A stretch of 64,000 nucleotides of DNA from a virus, in the IMG/VR virus record IMGVR_UViG_3300047369_000529, positions 15,083 to 79,082 of that record; one strand, 5' to 3'. Every line of letters begins with the position of its first letter. Within the stretch, counting starts at the first letter, position 1. Below, one piece after another: positions 20,524 to 29,037 of this stretch. The position numbers and the translations under genes were made by a program. The notes below the pieces were generated by a model that saw nothing but the letters and a program-made list of their open reading frames with translations, searched no databases and was not told where the DNA came from.

Positions 20524-22398
20524 ATGGCACTTAAAAAAATAAGACAAGTATTTCAAGAAACTAACATTAATGCATTTCAGGATCTTCTGAAAAATAGAAT
20601 TTTAGTTACTGAAAAAATACAAGGTTCATCTTTTCACGTAAGAAGAAACGTAGAAAGGTTTGAATATTTTAAATCTGGAGATATTCGTATGAATATGATA
20701 GATAGAACTATCGTAGGACTATACGAAACAGGGGTTAAACATATTCAAAGTTTAGATCCTTCAATTAAAGAAGAAATGCCAACGGATTGGAAATTTGGAT
20801 TTGAATATCTTCCTGAATTAGAAATATCACAATACAAATATACTAAACTTCCTAAGAATAATTTAATATTAACACATATACAAACGTTATCTGAGTCAGG
20901 TAAAGTTAAAAAAACTATTTATGACCCTTCTGTTTTAAACAAATGGGCAAAAAAATTAGAAGTTCAAGGACCTAGCATAGTATTTGATGGAACTTTAAAT
21001 CAAAATCAAAAAACAGAATTAATAAATCTTTTATCTATGTCAGATAAAGAATTTGTAGAGTCGTTTGACTATGATAGATCTACGGATTTTAAAACTTCAT
21101 TTACACAGAAAATAATAAAGATTTTTAATCCAAATCAAACTTCACCAATATTGAATGAAGATTTTGAGGTTGAGATTGATGGTCTAATAATTTCATTTAT
21201 AGACGGAAAGAAAGTAAAATCTTTTAAATTAGAAGACTTTACTAGAAACAACGAGAGCAACTCTAAGGAATCTAGTCACATGTATCAGATTACTATAGCT
21301 GATCTAATCGAATATCTTTCTTCATTTGACATGAACTCTGTTCAACTAAACGAAGAAACAGCAGATCTTAGGTACATTGAATTAATGTCCGTTATATTTA
21401 ATAAATATGTAAATGAAAATTCTACTAAATTTATAGGAGTTAACTTTGAATCAGCCGACTTTGCAAGCCATAGCGTATTTAAACTAAATAGTAAATACAT
21501 TAAAAACGAAACCACACTTTCTTTAGTGGAAAACGAAATACTTTCAGAATTATTTAAAATAACGCTCGGATCTTTTAGAAAAAAGAGAAATAAAGAAAGC
21601 GATATTCTAAATAAAGAAATGATAGAGCATTTAAATAATATAGTAGAAGAAATAGATAAAAAGATATTCGTTGAAAACACCGACGAAAATTCAATATATG
21701 ACTTTAACAATTTTATATTACATAACAAAGTAAAGACTAGTGTTAATTTAAATGAAGCGCTTAAGGTAGATCATCCTGAACAAGGAGGAGAATTAGTAAA
21801 TATGTTTGTTGGTAGATTCCAACCATTTACACTTGGACATGCTAAAGTATTAGAAACTATACACAAAGAAAATGGATATCCTGTTGTAGTATTATTAGTC
21901 AAAGCAAAGAATAAGAAAAAAGAAGACGCTTTTAAAAGACCTTATGATGAAAAAACGCAACTTAAGATGTTTAAGGCGGTTCAAAAACAATATCCATTCC
22001 TAAAAGAAATTTTTGTAATTCCAACAGGAGGTATTGATACTATGTTCAATGCAATGAGACCTAAATATGAACCTGTATTATGGGGAACAGGAAGTGATAG
22101 AATGAAAACTTACGGATTCCAAGTAAATAAAGATTCTTATAGAGAAGATCTTGGAGTTAGAAGCGACTTTAGATTATTTGAAATTCCAAGAACAGATGAT
22201 AATATTTCAGCGACTCAGGTTAGAAACGCAATGCTAGACGGAGATGAAGGATTATTTAAGTCAACAACACCCAAAGCATTACATAAAATGTATGGCGAAC
22301 TTAAGAAAAAATTAGAAGATTCAGTAGGTACTTCAGAATCAAATGAAGTTGCTGAATCATTATTAACATTTAAACAATTTTTAGAAAACAATGGATAG
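20524..22398 (+). CDS. Fusion of variant ligase-fold domain and HIGH-superfamily nucleotidyltransferase (cytidylyltransferase/NMNAT-like)
   Basis: N-terminal EKIQGSSF...DGLII...FKL; linker VNLNE^A; GRFQPFTLGH, GSDR, ISATQVR; C-terminal LLTFKQFLE. Confidence 0.7.
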   Translation: MALKKIRQVFQETNINAFQDLLKNRILVTEKIQGSSFHVRRNVERFEYFKSGDIRMNMIDRTIVGLYETGVKHIQSLDPSIKEEMPTDWKFGFEYLPELEISQYKYTKLPKNNLILTHIQTLSESGKVKKTIYDPSVLNKWAKKLEVQGPSIVFDGTLNQNQKTELINLLSMSDKEFVESFDYDRSTDFKTSFTQKIIKIFNPNQTSPILNEDFEVEIDGLIISFIDGKKVKSFKLEDFTRNNESNSKESSHMYQITIADLIEYLSSFDMNSVQLNEETADLRYIELMSVIFNKYVNENSTKFIGVNFESADFASHSVFKLNSKYIKNETTLSLVENEILSELFKITLGSFRKKRNKESDILNKEMIEHLNNIVEEIDKKIFVENTDENSIYDFNNFILHNKVKTSVNLNEALKVDHPEQGGELVNMFVGRFQPFTLGHAKVLETIHKENGYPVVVLLVKAKNKKKEDAFKRPYDEKTQLKMFKAVQKQYPFLKEIFVIPTGGIDTMFNAMRPKYEPVLWGTGSDRMKTYGFQVNKDSYREDLGVRSDFRLFEIPRTDDNISATQVRNAMLDGDEGLFKSTTPKALHKMYGELKKKLEDSVGTSESNEVAESLLTFKQFLENNG

Positions 22399-23470
22399 GT
22401 ACGATTTTGAAAGAGCACTACATAGTGCTGCAAAAACCAATGCTGAAAATGAAGCGTTAATTATAGAATCCTATATTGGAGTTGCAACGACCGGAAGTAA
22501 ATCTGCCCAACAGAATTTATTTAATTCAATTAATAGAACATTTAAAAAGAATAAGTGTCCATGGCAAGGTGTTAAGTTTACTTCAACACAGGATGTTAAA
22601 CAACAACCTGATGGTAGGTTATGGCTTTCTAAAATGGATGACGATACATTCGGAGTAGTTTTTCAATATTTAATGTTAAATAAAAGCGAAGCAAACGAAT
22701 TGTTTAATATTGGAAGAGACGATAATGGAATTGGTGCTGGAGAAATAATGCTAGCGTATATTGTAGAAAATATAAAAATAGGTGGAGGTGCGGCCGATAC
22801 TGACTTAGAATTATATAATGAAAGGTGGTCACCAATTAAACCACCCCTTGGTAAATGTGAGTTAAAAGAAGCTCAAATGTCAAAGGGCATGTTACAAAAT
22901 TGGAGAACAGGTGCAAAACACCAGGGAATTAATAGTACTTATGTACCGAAGTTAACGGCATTATATGACGCAGTAAAATATAATATTGAAGAAATCAACC
23001 CGGACGGAGATGGTAAAGATATGGCTGCCGGTGGAGGTTGGATAAATGAATGGGGAACTGTAGGTGGAAAAAGATTTAAGCATATTCAAAATTTAACTAA
23101 GACAGATATTCAGGCCCTTTCTTCTAGTGAAAGAGATTTTAAAATAGGTCCTGGAGATAAAGATAACGGCGCATTAGTAATTAAATTTAATGACGTAGAA
23201 TTAGGAAAGCTAAGTGACTCTAAAACTGCAGAAAAAATTAAAAGTATAATAGAGACTGAGCCTTCCGTTAGAACATTTACTGAAATACAAGACGATGTAA
23301 TTTCAGCAGTAGGAGATATACCTACTCCATTCCTTTTTATAGAGTCTAAAGATCATGAAATAGTAGCTTTTCACTATTACAAGAAATTACCTGGAAAAAC
23401 TAGCGAATTACAAATATATTCTATTACACAAGGTAAATTTAAATATAAAATAAAGCCTAACCGAGTTTAA
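22391..23470 (+). CDS. Putative PD-(D/E)xK nuclease-fold protein
   Basis: GAGEIML...GGGAADTDL...CELKEA pattern; leader ending LIIE^S. Confidence 0.4.
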   Translation: MDRYDFERALHSAAKTNAENEALIIESYIGVATTGSKSAQQNLFNSINRTFKKNKCPWQGVKFTSTQDVKQQPDGRLWLSKMDDDTFGVVFQYLMLNKSEANELFNIGRDDNGIGAGEIMLAYIVENIKIGGGAADTDLELYNERWSPIKPPLGKCELKEAQMSKGMLQNWRTGAKHQGINSTYVPKLTALYDAVKYNIEEINPDGDGKDMAAGGGWINEWGTVGGKRFKHIQNLTKTDIQALSSSERDFKIGPGDKDNGALVIKFNDVELGKLSDSKTAEKIKSIIETEPSVRTFTEIQDDVISAVGDIPTPFLFIESKDHEIVAFHYYKKLPGKTSELQIYSITQGKFKYKIKPNRV

Positions 23471-23490
23471 ATAAACAAATACAAATAAAA

Positions 23491-26118
23491 ATGAGCACTA
23501 AAAAAACATTTGAAAGCTTTGTAAATTCAATGAATGAAAACGTTGATTTATATAAAGTATATAAAAGAGTTTCTGGAAAATACTCTTTAAGAAAACCTTC
23601 TTATTGGGGAGATCTATTTAATCAAAGAGCTTCTATCCCGTTAAAAGAATTAAGTAAATATTCTTCTGAATTAGATTCATTAGAAGTCTATACTACTAAA
23701 GAATTAGGATGTCATCCAGATTATCCTATGCAATCAAATTTTAAGGTTCAAGTTCCTCAAGTATTCGTACTATATTGTAATACTGAAAGGGGCGAATTAG
23801 GAGAGTATTATGGAATGTCAATTCTTGTAAATACTGAAGGTGCAACATATCCAAGATATGCATGTGGTATGCCAGATTTCGAACCAGAACTTCATAACTT
23901 TGCAAATGGAATTCCTGAAAGCTATTTAAATATTGTAACAACAGGTGCTCAAATGTTACATGAAAAAATGATAGCTGAAGGTCAATTCTCATGGATGACA
24001 CAAGATACTGGAGATCAGATTGGTTCAGAACCTCAAAATAAAATAGACGTTTACATGTACGACAACCAGGGTAATTCTTGGAAAGAAAGAGACTATGAAG
24101 GCTATGGAGAATTTGGCGGTATGGATTACTATGACTTAGTTGCAACTATGAACGGATATACTGAAGAAGACGTTAAAACAATGAAAGGTTCATTTAAAGA
24201 ATTAAGACAACTTGGTATCGATTTAGCGTTTGGTAAAATAAAAACTAAAGATAAAAAGCGCAAAACTCTTTTTCCAGCTTTAGTCACAGATCCTAGGTAT
24301 AATTGGAAAAGACATGATTTTACTCAAGAAGCAGAATCAGATCCAAACCAATCATGGTATCAAGAGCCTGAGTATGACGATTATGAAGATGAATATGATG
24401 ATTTCTACAATGAAAAAGAAATCAAGGGTAAAGCTGCCGGCAACTCTATAAAGATGGCACCAGCAGGTAGAACTATTGAAATCAATGGTATCACTTACAC
24501 ATGCCTTGGTAAAGGTAAGTGGGAAGGACCTGATGGCGAAAAAGTAAATTGGATTGAAGTTTCTGCTATGGCATCAGCATTAGGAAACAAGAAAGTTGTA
24601 TATGAATATGATGGCTATGAGTCAGTAGTTACTGAAGCTAAAGGAGATTTAAAAGTAGGAGATAAGGGTATAGATTATAATGATAATGTTGTAAAAATAA
24701 TTGCTATTGGTAATTTTAAGAAAATTGCTAAAATGTTTAAGAAAGAAATGAAAGCAGACGCAGCTGATTGGGGCTACGAAGAAGGAGCTGGAGATTTCTA
24801 TCTTGCTAAAAACATAGAAGCGACTGAAGGTAATGTTGGAGATTTAGCAATTTATCCAGTAAAATACGACATGGCTAACTACTGGGGTTTAGATAAACTA
24901 GATGAATCATCAGTTACTGAAAACTATGAAGTTATTTATAGCGACGGCGTAAGTGCTATGAAAAAGTTTAGAAGCGAGAAACAAGCACTAGACTTTATGA
25001 AGAAAACTATCTCTTCTAATAAAAAACTAAGAGATATTGCAGTTTACAAACCAGGAATGTATTCAACTACTCAAACTGAACTAGTTGTTAAATTCTGGGG
25101 AGATGGTTCTTATTTAGATAACGTTTCTAAAAAAGATAAAGATTTAGCTTCTAAAAAACTAGAAGAATCTACCTTAAATGAAGCTCGTTCTATTAACAAG
25201 ATTTCAAAGGAGTTTGGAGAAACGGTTAATAAAATGAAAGATATAGTTAAAGTATATGTTGCTGCTGAAGAAGGAAGTGATGAAAAATCAAAATTAAGAC
25301 AACAATTAATTGATTTAACAGCAAAGAAAAAGTCTTTAACTAAAGAATTAGACGACGCCGTAGCTGGAAAAAACAAAGATGTAAAATTAGTTATAACAGA
25401 AGGTGTAATGTCAAATATTCATTTGATGGCATCCGATTCTAAAAACTGGGATGATTTCTTAAAAAAGTTTAAGAAAGATTATAAGAAAGTATTTCAAAAT
25501 ACACCTGACTTTATGGATTGGTTATATGGCATGTATAAGGATATGGCTCCTTTAAAAGCAGGCGAAAAAGTAGAAGAAAAATATAACAAGAAAAAGTTAT
25601 TAAAAGCAATTAAGAATAAAGACGACATGTTTATTCAGTTAGGAGATGGTACTGAACTAATAGTTTATAACCCGGATTCTAATAATGACGACAATGCAGA
25701 AATGTGGCACGATGATGTGGTATTTGCGATCGATCAAGACGGAGAAGAACATGAGGTTAAATACTCAGATATTGCAGGTATTGGTGAATCTGTAGTTTCT
25801 GAATCTAAAATTCAAATAAAAAGAAAGTATACAGACAAGCATCCAGCAAAAACAGCTGGAAGATCTGCAAGGGTTAGAAACGCAATGATAGAAGCTCTTT
25901 CGGATGGAATATTAACAGAAGAAGAATTCAATAATATTTTAAAAGAAAAATCTATTGACAGTAAAAGATGGATGAGAAGAAATTCTAGATTTTTTATGGT
26001 AAGTGAAGAAGGAATCAAGCTTTCTAAATATGGAAAAAGAATTTTTAAAGAAATTACGAATAAGCAAGTAGTTAACTTAACTCTAGAATCTTTTATAAAG
26101 GATATATACAATAAATAA
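23491..26118 (+). CDS. Putative internal-head polyprotein 2 (about 9 modules)
   Basis: MSTKKTFESFVNSMNE leader; linkers IAE^G, FYNE^K, ESVVTE^A, ESSVTE^N, ESTLNE^A, ITE^G, VEE^K, ESVVSE^S; C-terminal LTLESFI. Confidence 0.65.
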   Translation: MSTKKTFESFVNSMNENVDLYKVYKRVSGKYSLRKPSYWGDLFNQRASIPLKELSKYSSELDSLEVYTTKELGCHPDYPMQSNFKVQVPQVFVLYCNTERGELGEYYGMSILVNTEGATYPRYACGMPDFEPELHNFANGIPESYLNIVTTGAQMLHEKMIAEGQFSWMTQDTGDQIGSEPQNKIDVYMYDNQGNSWKERDYEGYGEFGGMDYYDLVATMNGYTEEDVKTMKGSFKELRQLGIDLAFGKIKTKDKKRKTLFPALVTDPRYNWKRHDFTQEAESDPNQSWYQEPEYDDYEDEYDDFYNEKEIKGKAAGNSIKMAPAGRTIEINGITYTCLGKGKWEGPDGEKVNWIEVSAMASALGNKKVVYEYDGYESVVTEAKGDLKVGDKGIDYNDNVVKIIAIGNFKKIAKMFKKEMKADAADWGYEEGAGDFYLAKNIEATEGNVGDLAIYPVKYDMANYWGLDKLDESSVTENYEVIYSDGVSAMKKFRSEKQALDFMKKTISSNKKLRDIAVYKPGMYSTTQTELVVKFWGDGSYLDNVSKKDKDLASKKLEESTLNEARSINKISKEFGETVNKMKDIVKVYVAAEEGSDEKSKLRQQLIDLTAKKKSLTKELDDAVAGKNKDVKLVITEGVMSNIHLMASDSKNWDDFLKKFKKDYKKVFQNTPDFMDWLYGMYKDMAPLKAGEKVEEKYNKKKLLKAIKNKDDMFIQLGDGTELIVYNPDSNNDDNAEMWHDDVVFAIDQDGEEHEVKYSDIAGIGESVVSESKIQIKRKYTDKHPAKTAGRSARVRNAMIEALSDGILTEEEFNNILKEKSIDSKRWMRRNSRFFMVSEEGIKLSKYGKRIFKEITNKQVVNLTLESFIKDIYNK

Positions 26119-26130
26119 AAACTATAGAAA

Positions 26131-27960
26131 ATGAAACTATATACTAACTTCGATAATTTTATCAATGAAGCAAAGGTTATGAAGCAGAAAGATACTGCTA
26201 AAATAGCACAAAAATTAGCATCGGCTCTTTCAAAGGCAGATGGCAAAGAATTTACAATTTCTAAAGATTCATTAGATGCTGGAGGATGGGATCTAGATAT
26301 GGATGGAGAAGAATTCGCAGGTGGAACTTATTTTATTGGAGATGCTGGAGAAATAGTAAACGCAGCAACAAGTAATGACGTATATGGTCACATGGACGAC
26401 AGTGAAGCTGAATTAGTTAAAAAGATTAAAAAGGGTAAATTTGCAAAATACAGAGCAACTGAATCAGTAGTTAACGAAGCATCTCTTTCGGGTGTAGAAT
26501 TTGGAAACGATGACGACATTCACCCAACTAAATTTAAACCTTTAACTACATCTTTAAAGAAGAATAAAGTTAAAATGGAAGTTGAAAAAGAAGAAGGTTA
26601 CCATGGCTACCCAGAAGTTAAATTAACGGGTAAAAGAAAGGACATCGAAAAGGTTTTAGCTGATGTATGGGGACCAGACTCAATCTCTGACTATGAAGAT
26701 TATTTTGAATCCAAAGTTAATGAAGCTAGATTTAAAAAAGGACAATACATTAAAGCCACTGCCGATAGCGATGATTTTGATGGAGATGTTTACGATGTAA
26801 CTAACGACGTAGATGGTAGTACGATTTACAAAGATTCATCATTCGAAATTTATGGAATTAATAGAAATGAAGTTATTCTTTGGAGTGACGAGGATGAAGT
26901 AGAATACTCAATAGATCCGGATGATCTTAAACATTTTGTTAAAGAATCATTAGATATTGAACTTAATGAAGCTCTTAAGTCTTCTAAACTAAGAAACTTA
27001 ATAGACATAAGACAGGGTGGTAAGCAACTAATGCAGGGTATATATGGTCTTGCTAAAGTAGCATTAGATAAAGTAACCGACGACATGGTTATCACTAATT
27101 CAAATCCAGTTGAAGTTTATAAGAAAGCAAAAACATACGGAAATGTATTAGTATTTTGGATTTCTAGAAACGAAAAGGAAAATCCTTACACACCTAGAAA
27201 TAGTTATGGTGGAAAAGATATTATTCCAGGAAATACCTTATTAGCAGTCTCAAATGGTAAAAACGAAATGTTTGACAATCATGCTGCATATACTAGAGAG
27301 TATGTGGATGGAAAACAAAGAAGTAAAACTACAAGATCTTTAAAGAATAGAGGAAGATACCCTGGTTCTAAAGACACTGTTGGGGTAGATAAATCTCATA
27401 GTACATGGAGTGGAACAGGCTTAGGAAATATTAAAAGAATCGCAGAGGTTTCAGACGAATGTTACATTATTAATTTAGACGCTGTTAGAGATAGACTTTC
27501 TACAAGTAATAAAGTATCGCAAAGATTTTCTCAAAAAGCCGATGCTACCGCTTTTGATAATCCAAAAGATATTAAACAAGCAAACATCACTAAATATCAA
27601 TCAATTTTAGCACAAAGAGCAGATAATCCAGATAAAATAGACAAACAAGTTAAAGAAATTATTGAAGATGCTCATCAATTCTTAATGGCCGGTTTAGCTA
27701 AAAAAGAAATGGGAGACTATAATGAATTATCAATAGGAAAAGATCCTAAAGGAAGAGATATTAAACCTAGAGATTTAACCAATTATATTTCAAATATATT
27801 GTCAGATTATCAAGGATATGTTTCGGCATACGTTAATGCAAAAACTGAAGAAGAAAAATATGGAACTTCAAGCGATTGGTATAAAAGAGATGCTAAACGT
27901 AAAGCTCTAGAGCTTAAGCAGCGAATGGCTAAATGGGATAACAAGAACATAGTTTGGTAA
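26131..27960 (+). CDS. Putative internal-head polyprotein 3 (4 modules)
   Basis: MKLYTNFDNFINE^A leader; ESVVNE^A, ESKVNE^A, ELNE^A linkers; late promoter at 26101. Confidence 0.65.
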   Translation: MKLYTNFDNFINEAKVMKQKDTAKIAQKLASALSKADGKEFTISKDSLDAGGWDLDMDGEEFAGGTYFIGDAGEIVNAATSNDVYGHMDDSEAELVKKIKKGKFAKYRATESVVNEASLSGVEFGNDDDIHPTKFKPLTTSLKKNKVKMEVEKEEGYHGYPEVKLTGKRKDIEKVLADVWGPDSISDYEDYFESKVNEARFKKGQYIKATADSDDFDGDVYDVTNDVDGSTIYKDSSFEIYGINRNEVILWSDEDEVEYSIDPDDLKHFVKESLDIELNEALKSSKLRNLIDIRQGGKQLMQGIYGLAKVALDKVTDDMVITNSNPVEVYKKAKTYGNVLVFWISRNEKENPYTPRNSYGGKDIIPGNTLLAVSNGKNEMFDNHAAYTREYVDGKQRSKTTRSLKNRGRYPGSKDTVGVDKSHSTWSGTGLGNIKRIAEVSDECYIINLDAVRDRLSTSNKVSQRFSQKADATAFDNPKDIKQANITKYQSILAQRADNPDKIDKQVKEIIEDAHQFLMAGLAKKEMGDYNELSIGKDPKGRDIKPRDLTNYISNILSDYQGYVSAYVNAKTEEEKYGTSSDWYKRDAKRKALELKQRMAKWDNKNIVW

Positions 27961-27977
27961 AATAAGACTTAAAAATT

Positions 27978-28700
27978 ATGAATAATAAAATAGAAGAAAA
28001 ATTTAAGTGGGAAACTACTGGCGACAAGGATGATAGAGAGTTCTTAACAGGTTTAGTTCAAAGAACTAAATTAATTTACGGAGATATTAAACCTGCTAAA
28101 TACGATCTTAACGACTTTGATAAAGACTTAGATAAATTATTAAAGAAATTTGTAAAAGATTCTGATTCTTTTTTTAAGGCAAAGGACGATAGAGACTATG
28201 GAGCTAGTAATAAAATACATGCAGATTGGATGAAAGCTGCTCAAAAAGCATTTAAACATGTTACTACAAATACTGCATGGAGAGGTCAATTAAATACATT
28301 CACTAGAAATTTATCAACTATTTGGCAAGTTCACATGGAAGCAGAGGCTGGAAGAACAGGAAACAGAGGCTATAAAGTTCATAAGAGACAAGCCTTTCAA
28401 AAACAGTTTGAACAAGTAAAATTGTATGAACAGTTTATTAACGAAAGATTTAACGCTAGAAAAGTAAAGAAAGAACTAGAAGGTTTTGGCTTTAAGAACG
28501 TTGATGCTAGTGGAAACGAAATTTCAGTTGAAACGGGCTCTTATGAAAATCCATTTGGTTCAGAACAGAGTTACACTTTCTTTTGGAATGGTGAAACAGT
28601 CTGGTGTGAATCAGAAGAAGCTGAAACAGAATGGATGGGAGAAGTAACTACTGCAGAACAATTTGCAGAAACTATGGAAACAGCAGAAGGCTGGTCATAA
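27978..28700 (+). CDS. Two-module putative internal protein
   Basis: Internal QVKLYEQFINE, matching the N-terminus of the next ORF. Confidence 0.55.
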   Translation: MNNKIEEKFKWETTGDKDDREFLTGLVQRTKLIYGDIKPAKYDLNDFDKDLDKLLKKFVKDSDSFFKAKDDRDYGASNKIHADWMKAAQKAFKHVTTNTAWRGQLNTFTRNLSTIWQVHMEAEAGRTGNRGYKVHKRQAFQKQFEQVKLYEQFINERFNARKVKKELEGFGFKNVDASGNEISVETGSYENPFGSEQSYTFFWNGETVWCESEEAETEWMGEVTTAEQFAETMETAEGWS

Positions 28701-28716
28701 TTAAAAAACAAGAACT

Positions 28717-29034
28717 ATGAAACAAGTAAAACTATATGAGCAATTTATAAATGAATCAGCAATTGATACTTTAGCTACTGAAATTGATGATGCTAAAGTT
28801 TATGATGCTGTTTCGGATGGAGGTTCTGTTGACGCAAGATCTACTAAAAAAACATGGGACGATGGTGTTCCAGTTTTAAAGTATATTGCTAGAGCTCCAA
28901 AAAAATCTGTTAAATTACCTAAGAAATTTAAAGTAGTAGACGACACTAAATATGGATGGTGGTATTTACAAGTATCAGGAGTATGGTATGGAATCGAACA
29001 AGATGATTATGGAACTCCACCATTTGAATATTAA
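28717..29034 (+). CDS. Putative internal head protein (single module)
   Basis: MKQVKLYEQFINE^S resembles the T4 capsid-targeting sequence MKTYQEFIAE. Confidence 0.65.
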   Translation: MKQVKLYEQFINESAIDTLATEIDDAKVYDAVSDGGSVDARSTKKTWDDGVPVLKYIARAPKKSVKLPKKFKVVDDTKYGWWYLQVSGVWYGIEQDDYGTPPFEY

Positions 29035-29037
29035 GAT

